Below are positions 1 through 6,720 of a stretch of DNA of 11,880 nt, piece by piece. Source of the DNA: a virus (Duplodnaviria > Heunggongvirae > Uroviricota > Caudoviricetes). Where the stretch lies: IMG/VR virus record IMGVR_UViG_2602041579_000011, positions 1 through 11,880 of that record; one strand, given 5' to 3'. The position numbers and the translations under genes were made by a program. Position 1 is the stretch's first letter. Each line of letters starts with the position of its first letter. The notes beneath the pieces were generated by a model. That model had not been told where the DNA came from and ran no database searches. It saw only the letters and a program-made list of their open reading frames with translations.

Positions 1-280
1 TCAACACATCCTGCGCCTCTAAAATTACGGGGCGCTTTTCCGGCGACTGCTCATCCCCTTCACATAACCCGGCAGCAACATCCAGGAAGACCTGTCTGAT
101 GCTCCTTCTGGCTGCTGCCTCATAAAACTCCAGCGCGGCACCTTCAACACGGTCCAGCGAGATGTCCAGGTCAAAAATTTCACCGTCAAAGCGTTTTTTG
201 TCCCGTAACGCTAAAGTTACCGTAACTTTATTCTCAAAATTGCGGATCCCTTTCACAATCAGTTCATAGTTTTGAGTCAT
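1..280 (-). CDS. DUF1327-family phage protein (YdfR-like); 3' end runs off the window
   Basis: ATG at 280-278 (minus) with a GGAGAG SD about 8 nt upstream, starting 4 nt after the holin stop. Translation MTQNYELIVKGIRNFENKVTVTLALRDKKRFDGEIFDLDISLDRVEGAALEFYEAAARRSIRQ... resembles the YdfR-type protein that lies between holin and endolysin in Qin-like prophages (from memory). Confidence 0.6.
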   Translation of the reverse strand, partial: MTQNYELIVKGIRNFENKVTVTLALRDKKRFDGEIFDLDISLDRVEGAALEFYEAAARRSIRQVFLDVAAGLCEGDEQSPEKRPVILEAQDVL

Positions 281-284
281 TGAA

Positions 285-500
285 TTACTCTCCCCGTGCA
301 GCCTTACGCTTGTCTTCTCTGATTTTGAAGTACAGATTTGTCAGATAAGTCAGGAAGCCCAGAACCAGACTCCCAAGTACACCAATCGCAGCCCACTGTG
401 ACGGACTGACCTGATCAAGCCACTGTAAAAACCAGTAGCCAGCACTGCCTGCGGAGGTGCCGTAGGCAATGCCCGTTGAAATTTTGTCCATGGATTTCAT
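285..500 (-). CDS. Class II holin / pinholin, phage 21 S-like (71 aa), with dual-start motif
   Basis: ORF-track protein [71 protein letters not shown] matches my recollection of S21 (EssD/EssQ-type): two TM segments, charged C-terminus, Met1-Lys2-Ser3-Met4 dual start. GGAGGTGAGG SD precedes the ATG. Confidence 0.85.
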   Translation of the reverse strand: MKSMDKISTGIAYGTSAGSAGYWFLQWLDQVSPSQWAAIGVLGSLVLGFLTYLTNLYFKIREDKRKAARGE

Positions 501-560
501 AGCCTCACCTCCGCAAATAACGGATGGCGTAGTTTTACACTGAGAAATGAAAGGGATTTG

Positions 561-584
561 AAAAGAAAAACCCGCAAAAGCGGG
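561..584 (-). terminator. Intrinsic terminator between tRNA cluster and holin (minus strand)
   Basis: CCCGC-AAAA-GCGGG hairpin at 571-584; on the minus strand it is followed by TTTTTCTTTT (plus 561-570). Confidence 0.5.
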
Positions 585-660
585 CGAAACGATATATACA
601 GAAAGGAAAGCACTCTATCCAACAAACCACCCACAGTTAATCGGAATAAAAGCAGAGTGC

Positions 661-733
661 TTATGAATGATCGCCTGCTCGAAGGTTAGTATTTCTGCAC
701 AGCAATTTTGCAAAAAAAGGCGATCATTCATAA
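661..733. repeat. 15-bp perfect inverted repeat (TTATGAATGATCGCC / GGCGATCATTCATAA) with 43-nt spacer
   Basis: Arms at 661-675 and 719-733 are exact reverse complements; no ORF; lies downstream (minus sense) of the tRNA cluster. Confidence 0.8.
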
Positions 734-740
734 CTTAAAC

Positions 741-786
741 GTCTTTCAGTCACTCCGGGATTTCCCATCATCGCAGACTGAAAGAC
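741..786. repeat. 11-bp perfect inverted repeat (GTCTTTCAGTC / GACTGAAAGAC) next to the 3' end of the first tRNA
   Basis: Arms at 741-751 and 776-786 are exact reverse complements with a 24-nt loop; candidate tRNA 3' processing or termination hairpin. Confidence 0.7.
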
Positions 787-791
787 TCTAA

Positions 792-867
<76 letters not shown>

Positions 868-870
868 ATA

Positions 871-946
<76 letters not shown>

Positions 947-948
947 AC

Positions 949-1025
949 TGGACCGCCACCGGGGACTCGAACCTCGCACACTCAACTTAAAGGGTTGACG
1001 CTCTTTCCTGATGAGCTAGTGGCGG
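949..1025 (-). tRNA. tRNA-like gene of uncertain identity (possible Lys-UUU-like, with atypical C at position 33); may be a pseudo-tRNA
   Basis: Reverse complement CCGCCACTAGCTCATCAGGAAAGAGCGTCAACCCTTTAAGTTGAGTGTGCGAGGTTCGAGTCCCCGGTGGCGGTCCA: perfect 7-bp acceptor stem (CCGCCAC/GTGGCGG), T-loop GGTTCGAGTCC, encoded CCA. But the anticodon loop is CCTTTAA, the 5' base is C, the discriminator is U and the T-stem has one mismatch. Confidence 0.45.
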
Positions 1026-1026
1026 C

Positions 1027-1102
1027 TGGTGGCCCTTGCTGGATTTGAACCAGCGACCTGGCGATTATGAGTCGCTCGCTCTCACCACTGAGCTAAAGGG
1101 CC
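1027..1102 (-). tRNA. tRNA with CAU anticodon, ileX-like (tRNA-Ile2, lysidine-type, AUA-decoding) rather than elongator Met
   Basis: Reverse complement GGCCCTTTAGCTCAGTGGTGAGAGCGAGCGACTCATAATCGCCAGGTCGCTGGTTCAAATCCAGCAAGGGCCACCA: anticodon loop CTCATAA; overall sequence very close to my recollection of E. coli ileX and unlike metT/metZ. Confidence 0.75.
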
Positions 1103-1206
1103 GGGCGCAGCATAATAACGTTACGAAATCAATGTTGCAAGCATTCAAAAATCACCCTTATCTCCTCCACTAGCGCATTCACCATGTCTATCCGAGATAA
1201 GTGGTA

Positions 1207-1230
1207 CAAAAAACCCGCTTGTGGGCGGGT
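1207..1230 (-). terminator. Intrinsic terminator just downstream of the Q-like gene (tR'-like); hairpin is also terminator-like on plus
   Basis: ACCCGC-TTGTGG-GCGGGT hairpin at 1213-1230; on the minus strand followed by TTTTTTGT (plus 1206-1212); on plus followed by TTTTGTTTG. Confidence 0.5.
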
Positions 1231-1296
1231 TTTGTTTGCTTTTGCCATCACGTACAAAATCGGCAAAATATCAGATTTGCATGAAATATATGCCTT

Positions 1297-1986
1297 TCAA
1301 TCTACTTTTGCAACACTTTGCTTTGAAAATGCCGCCTTTTGTTTTGAACGTGTTCTCATTACAAACAATAAAGCCTCACTATCAAGTCGGTGAAAAATGT
1401 GTTTCATTGCAACCCAGTGACGAGTAAATGTTTTGGACCAGTTTTTAGTTGTCACTCCCGCCAGTAATGCCAGCTCCTGGTATTCATAACCTTCCCCACC
1501 AAAAAGTTCTGCTTTTACTGCCTGCGCCGCCAGCCAGATTAATTTTTTCAGGCGTTCCTGCGTTTTCCCTGCAATTTTTCTGGTACCGGATTGAGTATTA
1601 AATTCATTCCACGCCCACTGTGTTATCGCGATCTGATATTCCCAACAAATACTCCCGCTGTAACACCACAACAACCAGGCTTTATGATGTTCTTCAAGAG
1701 ACAGAACAGCCCGCCGCCACGATGATGTCGAAAACTCAACCGGACTGACCAGAGGTATTGACGTCCCCTTCGCCAGCGATTGCTTTCCCGGGATTGGTGG
1801 ATTATCCCGCGTTATCATTTTTCCAGTCACTTCATCGCGGTACCGGATTTTTTTTCGCCTGTAACGCCCTGTATCGAACATGGCATTCTCTTGCCAGGCT
1901 TCAAGCTGACCTTTTGTTGCCCCACTCAAATCAGCGGTGGCGATAATGAGCTGCTCACGCACAAACTGTAAATACTGGTTATTCAT
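1297..1986 (-). CDS. Putative late-gene antiterminator Q-like protein (about 229 aa)
   Basis: Sits between rusA and the tRNA/lysis cassette, the canonical Q position. ATG at 1986-1984 overlaps the rusA stop (ATGA); the ORF-track start at 1992 is a GTG. Family call rests on synteny and a vague recollection of a 230-aa Q family; not verified. Confidence 0.5.
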   Translation of the reverse strand: MNNQYLQFVREQLIIATADLSGATKGQLEAWQENAMFDTGRYRRKKIRYRDEVTGKMITRDNPPIPGKQSLAKGTSIPLVSPVEFSTSSWRRAVLSLEEHHKAWLLWCYSGSICWEYQIAITQWAWNEFNTQSGTRKIAGKTQERLKKLIWLAAQAVKAELFGGEGYEYQELALLAGVTTKNWSKTFTRHWVAMKHIFHRLDSEALLFVMRTRSKQKAAFSKQSVAKVD

Positions 1987-2342
1987 GCGCACTCCAGTTC
2001 TGTGATTTTTATCCCCAGCATCCCACCAGGAACGAGCTGACCGCGCACAATATTGATTTCATCAAACTGCTCGTCGTCTATGAGTAGTCCGGCATGCGTC
2101 AGCGCATCCAGTGGTGCTTTCAGGATATTGTCCAGGTCACGACGGCGCTTATCCGGTGGCTCTGCAATAATCTTTATCGCCAGCCGTCCGGACAGGTTTA
2201 ATTTCAGTCGCTGCTGGCGAACAATAAGCGCCACATCCCGGCGATAACGCTCACCGGTTTTTGATACAAAATATGTGCTGCCACGACGTCGCCAGTAGGT
2301 GTTCACCGTCGGCGGGTAAGGCAAAACAAACTCTATACGCAT
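1983..2342 (-). CDS. rusA: RusA-family Holliday junction resolvase
   Basis: 119-aa protein MRIEFVLPYPPTVNTYW...PDKRRRDLDNILKAPLDALTHAGLLIDDEQ... shares the PD(K/R)RRRDLDN and DALT.AG..DD.Q catalytic motifs with E. coli RusA. AGAGG SD 6 nt upstream of ATG at 2342. Confidence 0.85.
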   Translation of the reverse strand: MRIEFVLPYPPTVNTYWRRRGSTYFVSKTGERYRRDVALIVRQQRLKLNLSGRLAIKIIAEPPDKRRRDLDNILKAPLDALTHAGLLIDDEQFDEINIVRGQLVPGGMLGIKITELECA

Positions 2343-2354
2343 CAGTAACCTCTT

Positions 2355-3332
2355 TTACCCGAGCACGCCGGTTGCAAAGGCGTGATCAAGAAAACGAAAA
2401 ATTAAATCAACCTGGGAACCATGCTTTTCTTCGAACGCCAGCGGATCCGCATGAAGCTCGTTGTGATGCTCCCGACACAGCGGTAGTGTGAAAATATCGT
2501 GGGATTTTGTTCCCATTCCCCCCTGACCATAACCAATCAGGTGATGGGGATCGTCGGCTGGTTGACCACAACACGCACACGGCTGTGTCTTTACCCAGCG
2601 CGTGTATTTCTCGTTAACCCAGCGGCGACGTTTAGGTCGCTTCATGAAAGATTCAGGAGACTCCGGATCAACGGCAATGCTGACCACCGTCTTTTCCTGT
2701 GGTGGGTTCTGTTGCTGGTGGGCGTGAGGCGGTAGCACAATATTTTTTGTGCGCTGCTTCAGTATGCTGGTGGCTGTCTGTTCTCCCGGTATGATGTCGC
2801 TTTCGCGGTACACAGAGCGAATTTTTTCCGTACGTAATCCCAACGAACGACGTAATACTGCCTCCGGTAGCGCGTCCGCCACCTGATTGCAGACCGCCCA
2901 CCAGGATAACTCAGCCAGCGATAATTCCCGTTCCTGCGAGCCATTCATTGCATGGCGTATGACGTCAATCATCCATGCTGCCAGGTTTTGGTGAGCAAGT
3001 TGCCCGAGTGATTCGGAGGTCTGGTCGCGCAGCTGGTTATCGCAGTGCCAGCACAACACCATCGCGCCAGCGCCATAACGGTGAATGACGGTTTCACTGT
3101 GGTGATAATCGCCGTGTGGCCACTGGCAGGATTTAACATGACGCAGGAGCCAGTCAGACAGTGCACCTGCGCCACCAGCAGCACGAATCACCCGCTCATC
3201 GCTGAAAAATGGCAGTAATGATTTATCCTCCGCCAGCGGCTGGCGAACGGCAGGGACGACTCCGGACGGCAGACCGCGCATGCTTTTCGGTTCAGGCTCC
3301 ACCAGCACTCGAGGGTTATGAAATACTTGCAT
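2355..3332 (-). CDS. DUF968-family phage protein (YdfU-like), C-terminal Cys/His HNH-like motif
   Basis: Translation from ATG 3332: MQVFHNPRVLVEPEPKSMRGLPSG...CACCGQPADDPHHLIGYGQGGMGTKSHDIFTLPLCREHHNELH... closely resembles my recollection of Qin YdfU. The ORF-track start at 3404 is a GTG giving an odd 24-aa extension, so ATG 3332 is preferred. Confidence 0.7.
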   Translation of the reverse strand: MQVFHNPRVLVEPEPKSMRGLPSGVVPAVRQPLAEDKSLLPFFSDERVIRAAGGAGALSDWLLRHVKSCQWPHGDYHHSETVIHRYGAGAMVLCWHCDNQLRDQTSESLGQLAHQNLAAWMIDVIRHAMNGSQERELSLAELSWWAVCNQVADALPEAVLRRSLGLRTEKIRSVYRESDIIPGEQTATSILKQRTKNIVLPPHAHQQQNPPQEKTVVSIAVDPESPESFMKRPKRRRWVNEKYTRWVKTQPCACCGQPADDPHHLIGYGQGGMGTKSHDIFTLPLCREHHNELHADPLAFEEKHGSQVDLIFRFLDHAFATGVLG

Positions 3333-3405
3333 GGATTCACGGCCCGGCCTAAGGACCACCAGCCCAAGTTCCGGTACCAGAACAGGTCGAAGTAATACCC
3401 GCACG

Positions 3406-3795
3406 TTACCTCCAGATCCGTTGCTGGAATGTGCGGGACGGACGCGGTGGGCGTTCGGAGTAAGGGAGCCTGACGTAGATTATCCAGTGACGGTAGTCGA
3501 GGCTAAGGGCTTTCTTAAACTCATACCCACGTCTGCGGTAGTTCTGAATTAGCCACGCTGCCTGCTCTTCAGTGCATGGAGGGTGTTGGTACCAGTCGGT
3601 TTTAAATATGTGTGAACGCCGCCCGTGCCGGATGGCAAGGCCAGTATCTGAAGAGTGAAATTTGATATTGTGCACCGTCAGTTTTCTCTGCTGGCGCAGC
3701 AGGTGCCAGTTGTTCAGGCTGACGAGCGAATTGTAAACCAGAATACGTGGAAAAAACAAAACCAGTTTGAACGCTGAGAGATCCCCATAAATCAA
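3406..3795 (-). CDS. Hypothetical protein; start uncertain (possible GTG start at 3675 giving 89 aa) or remnant of a frameshifted gene
   Basis: C-terminal about 89 aa (…HIFKTDWYQHPPCTEEQAAWLIQNYRRRGYEFKKALSLDYRHWIIYVRLPYSERPP…) looks protein-like; the N-terminal 40 aa of the ORF-track frame do not. An overlapping frame (3602..3916) is also open. Occupies the position of rem in Qin; no family recognised. Confidence 0.3.
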   Translation of the reverse strand: MIYGDLSAFKLVLFFPRILVYNSLVSLNNWHLLRQQRKLTVHNIKFHSSDTGLAIRHGRRSHIFKTDWYQHPPCTEEQAAWLIQNYRRRGYEFKKALSLDYRHWIIYVRLPYSERPPRPSRTFQQRIWR

Positions 3796-4093
3796 CGCGA
3801 GTAAACCAACGCCATATTCTGATAGTTTCTGGCAAAGTAATTAAGGACGTGCACAGCAACGTTCGTCTTGACATTGGCGCGGCTGTCGTAAGCCATTCTC
3901 TACTAACATCATACATATCCTGATGTTAAACCTAAAATGCAATCCCTTATCTTCAACTGCAAGCCACAGAACTATCATGCTCAGCGTCGCCAGTAGGCGA
4001 CCTACCAGCACTGGCCCTGAGTTACATACTAAATATAATCAGGAAAATATTGCGACAGAGGAATTCATTACCAGGGCAGGTATCCAGTAAAGC

Positions 4094-4151
4094 ATTATGT
4101 CGGCATTAGTGAAGCGATACGTTAGCATCGCTTCACTAATGCCGACATAAT
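4094..4151. repeat. 58-bp perfect hairpin palindrome (25-bp arms, 8-nt loop)
   Basis: ATTATGTCGGCATTAGTGAAGCGAT (4094-4118) and ATCGCTTCACTAATGCCGACATAAT (4127-4151) are exact reverse complements around loop ACGTTAGC; no flanking U-tract on either strand. Confidence 0.9.
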
Positions 4152-4316
4152 TAGCGAGTAGGCATAGAGGTGATCTCATTAATTTTCTTGAATAAATCAT
4201 TAGGCCACAAAACTCTATGCCTCTCTTACTTGCCCTCCTGGTACCGGAAACTACTTAGAATCAGTGCAGGTTATTTGAATAATTAACATGGGCTTATATA
4301 TGAAAAAAATAAAAAT

Positions 4317-5183
4317 TTAGGGGTATGATTGCAGAACTGTAATACCTTCTTTCAACTGTTCAAAATTCTTAAACTTTCTGAGCCTTTCTCTACATAGATC
4401 TCTGGACTTACCATTATCATCTTTATGAATGAATATAATATTCACATCATAACTTAACTTTCCATACATTGGGCCAGGGCAGGCAAGAAAATTATCATGT
4501 CGATATCTGTTACCAACAAACCAATACCCCTCATATCCCAACATGGATAAGAAGTCTACAACATCATCTGTAACTTTCTTATTAACAGCCTCACAGAATA
4601 TTGCTGGCTTGTTATTTTTAATTGTATTCACAGCACCACGCATACAATTGATTTCATATCCTTCAACATCTATTTTGATGAAATCAATTTTTATCCCTAC
4701 AGACTCCATAAATGCATCTATGGTAATAATGGCTGGGCTGGGCTGGGCTGGGCTGGGCTGGGCATCATAGCACCCTTCATTATTATAACCATTTTCTATA
4801 GAAAATGAACCGTAATTCCAGGGTTTATCGTATGAAGATACAGGAATTATAATATCCCCGCAAATATCACCAACAGCTTTGTTATATGGCATAACATTCA
4901 ATACGTTATTTATAGCCAGATTTCCACACAACATATTAAATATTGGTGGCTGAGGTTCAAAACATATTACCTTTCCATTTCTACATATTTTTGATAATGG
5001 TATTGTATGCAAGCCTATATTTGCACCAATCTCTAAAACATTGCTGCCTTCTGATAATAATGTTTTGTATAAGTCGACCTCAACTTCACACCATTCGCCA
5101 TAATTTGAGGCATAGTTAGAGATCATATCGCCCCGGAGTAAAATAAAACTTCCCCATCTTAACTCTTTAATATACGTTCTCAT
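4317..5183 (-). CDS. FkbM-family (Methyltransf_21) SAM-dependent methyltransferase, AT-rich cargo gene
   Basis: 288-aa protein with SAM-binding motif VLEIGANIG, VICFEPQP, and the FkbM signature IDFIKIDVEGYE followed by KPAIFCE. AAGGA SD 7 nt upstream of ATG 5183. Visibly more AT-rich than neighbouring genes (by eye, not computed). Confidence 0.8.
   Translation of the reverse strand: MRTYIKELRWGSFILLRGDMISNYASNYGEWCEVEVDLYKTLLSEGSNVLEIGANIGLHTIPLSKICRNGKVICFEPQPPIFNMLCGNLAINNVLNVMPYNKAVGDICGDIIIPVSSYDKPWNYGSFSIENGYNNEGCYDAQPSPAQPSPAIITIDAFMESVGIKIDFIKIDVEGYEINCMRGAVNTIKNNKPAIFCEAVNKKVTDDVVDFLSMLGYEGYWFVGNRYRHDNFLACPGPMYGKLSYDVNIIFIHKDDNGKSRDLCRERLRKFKNFEQLKEGITVLQSYP
4731..4763. repeat. Pentanucleotide tandem repeat (GGCTG)x6.6 inside the methyltransferase ORF
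   Basis: ggctgggctgggctgggctgggctgggctgggc read directly; on the coding strand (CAGCC)n encodes AQPSPAQPSPA between the SAM-binding motif and the DVEGYE motif. Confidence 0.95.
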
Positions 5184-5590
5184 TCGCTAATCCTTATCTA
5201 TATTAAAATTACTTATATAACGTCTTACTGAAGTGGGTTAAGTGCGGGTGCGTTGAGGATGCCTGACACATCAGAGGTGGCGAGGGATTTCTCCCTCGCC
5301 TGGTCTCTTACTCCTCAGGTTCGTAAGCTGTGAAGACAGCGACCTGGCGATTAACATCGCCTTTTGCTGCTTCATAGCCTGCTTCTCCTTGACCTTTCGG
5401 TCCGTAAGAGGCTAATCTCTATGTGTCGCATAGATATGGCCTCAGATTAATGTTAAGCGTCTTGCAGGACGCGTAATGTTAACTGGGGCTTTTCTCTATC
5501 TGCCTTTTGGTGTTCATGCCTGAGGCAGATAGCCTCAAGCACCCGCAGCAATTCTACTTAACTCTCGCTTTACCGCAAACCGTTTTTACC

Positions 5591-5612
5591 CGATATGGGA
5601 ATTCCCATATCG
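5591..5612. repeat. 22-bp perfect palindrome centred on GAATTC
   Basis: CGATATGGGAATTCCCATATCG is its own reverse complement; starts 9 nt past the stop of the 34-aa mini-ORF; no U-tract follows on either strand. Confidence 0.9.
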
Positions 5613-5620
5613 TAATGAAT

Positions 5621-5725
5621 TCAGTTCCCTAGTCGATCCATCAAAAACACAACCAGGCAGTAAACGCCCACAACAGCAACAACAGCCAGCGCACCTTCCA
5701 TTGCCAGTGATATATCATCCGACAT
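5621..5725 (-). CDS. Small hydrophobic peptide (34 aa, one predicted TM helix)
   Basis: ATG at 5725-5723 preceded by AAGGAGGG SD at 5 nt spacing; translation MSDDISLAMEGALAVVAVVGVYCLVVFLMDRLGN. Below the ORF-track length cutoff. Confidence 0.45.
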   Translation of the reverse strand: MSDDISLAMEGALAVVAVVGVYCLVVFLMDRLGN

Positions 5726-5760
5726 ATTCCCTCCTTTGGTGTTAATCCCGGCGAACGTTT

Positions 5761-5844
5761 TTACCCCCACCGACAAATAACATATACTAAAAAAGCGATA
5801 GCCATAGCAACGCCTGTAATTGCAAATGCTTCAGGCCAGTTCAT
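5761..5844 (-). CDS. Small hydrophobic peptide (27 aa), translationally coupled to the DUF551 gene
   Basis: ATG at 5844-5842 overlaps the DUF551 stop (ATGA); GCAGGAGGTG SD sits inside the end of the upstream gene; translation MNWPEAFAITGVAMAIAFLVYVICRWG. Confidence 0.4.
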   Translation of the reverse strand: MNWPEAFAITGVAMAIAFLVYVICRWG

Positions 5845-6710
5845 TGGCGCACCTCCTGCGGCGGTTCTGGTAGAGGCATCCAGTGTGATGGTATCCACGA
5901 CGCACCAGGTATTATCCACCCATCATTAGCGTCAGGATGCCCCGGGATGTAAGTCGCCCATTTCATTCGCCAGTCACCTTTCCTGCCAAAATCCCTGGCA
6001 ACAAGAACGGCTGTTTTGGTATCCGGCATTCGCTCACTACAGCTTATCCAACTATCCGGAGTTACCGGATAGTTGCCCGATAGTGCATTCTGCTCCAGTG
6101 ATGCTTTTACAAACCACGCTGCCTGAACTATAACGCCATGAATCCAGCGCAAATCAGCATCGCGATCTTTCTTTTTCATCTTTTCGCCACTTAAGGCCTT
6201 GCTTATGTGGCTGCGTACCAGGTCTTCATGTAATTCCTTCGCCTCCTCAATGGTGAAACCACCAGGCAGAAGAGCCGGAGTTACCGGAGAGCTGGTTGAC
6301 GCTTCCGGGATTTTCCGAAAATTATTGGTTGACGAATCTTTATTTTCCCGAAAGTTTCCGGACTGAAGCATGGCTTCGCGGCAATCGTTCCAGCCTGTAG
6401 CGTATGCAGCCGCTTTGCTGCTGCCTTCAACTGGCGCATCCTGCCAATACATTTCTTCCGGCACTATCGGCGCTGGAGGGGCGGCAAATAGATATCCGCC
6501 AAAGTCAGGAAGCTCTCTAATGGCCTGTACGAATTTTTGTTTGCCTACGTCAACCCCTAATGGGTAATGAGCTATAATCTTTGCCACCGGCTCTGCTTCC
6601 AGCGATGCCAGCGCAATCCGTGCCAGTTCCATTTGTTCACCACGGGTAAGCCCGTTTTCAAGCGGATTTTTAATGAACAATTCAATACGTTCTTTGGTAA
6701 TAGTGGTCAT
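5841..6710 (-). CDS. DUF551-domain phage protein (289 aa)
   Basis: C-terminus WISCSERMPDTKTAVLVARDF...SHWMPLPEPP matches the DUF551 hallmark (W-x-S-x-x-ERLP ... HWMPLPEPP) as I recall it. AAGGAGT SD upstream of ATG 6710. N-terminal about 200 aa not recognised. Confidence 0.7.
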   Translation of the reverse strand: MTTITKERIELFIKNPLENGLTRGEQMELARIALASLEAEPVAKIIAHYPLGVDVGKQKFVQAIRELPDFGGYLFAAPPAPIVPEEMYWQDAPVEGSSKAAAYATGWNDCREAMLQSGNFRENKDSSTNNFRKIPEASTSSPVTPALLPGGFTIEEAKELHEDLVRSHISKALSGEKMKKKDRDADLRWIHGVIVQAAWFVKASLEQNALSGNYPVTPDSWISCSERMPDTKTAVLVARDFGRKGDWRMKWATYIPGHPDANDGWIIPGASWIPSHWMPLPEPPQEVRQ

Positions 6711-6720
6711 GTGTTACTCC

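Noticed and set aside
500-790. Toxin or other protein cargo between the tRNAs and the holin (the Stx-phage position)
   Set aside because: No ORF above about 25 codons with an RBS on either strand; the region is filled by inverted repeats and a terminator.
2355-3404. DUF968 ORF with the 24-aa N-terminal extension (MRVLLRPVLVPELGLVVLRPGRES) from the ORF track
   Set aside because: The extension begins with GTG, has no SD and reads as low-complexity; the internal ATG at 3332 gives an N-terminus matching YdfU-like proteins as I recall them.
4094-4151. Palindrome as an integron attC site, CRISPR repeat, or a real 17-codon ORF (MSALVKRYVSIASLMPT)
   Set aside because: attC sites are imperfect with extrahelical bases, and no integrase is present; there is no repeat-spacer periodicity; the mini-ORF is a by-product of a palindrome that begins with ATG and has no RBS.
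4543-4770. Plus-strand ORF of 75 aa antisense to the methyltransferase, ending in GLGWAGLGWAS
   Set aside because: No RBS, lies entirely within a well-supported gene on the other strand, and its C-terminus is just the pentanucleotide repeat read in another frame.
5184-5620. Retron msr/msd, type III toxin-antitoxin RNA repeats, or group II intron fragment in the structured leader
   Set aside because: No reverse transcriptase or endoribonuclease gene nearby, no tandem 30-40 nt repeat array, and no recognisable intron domain V; the hairpins are better described as unassigned regulatory or RNA structure.
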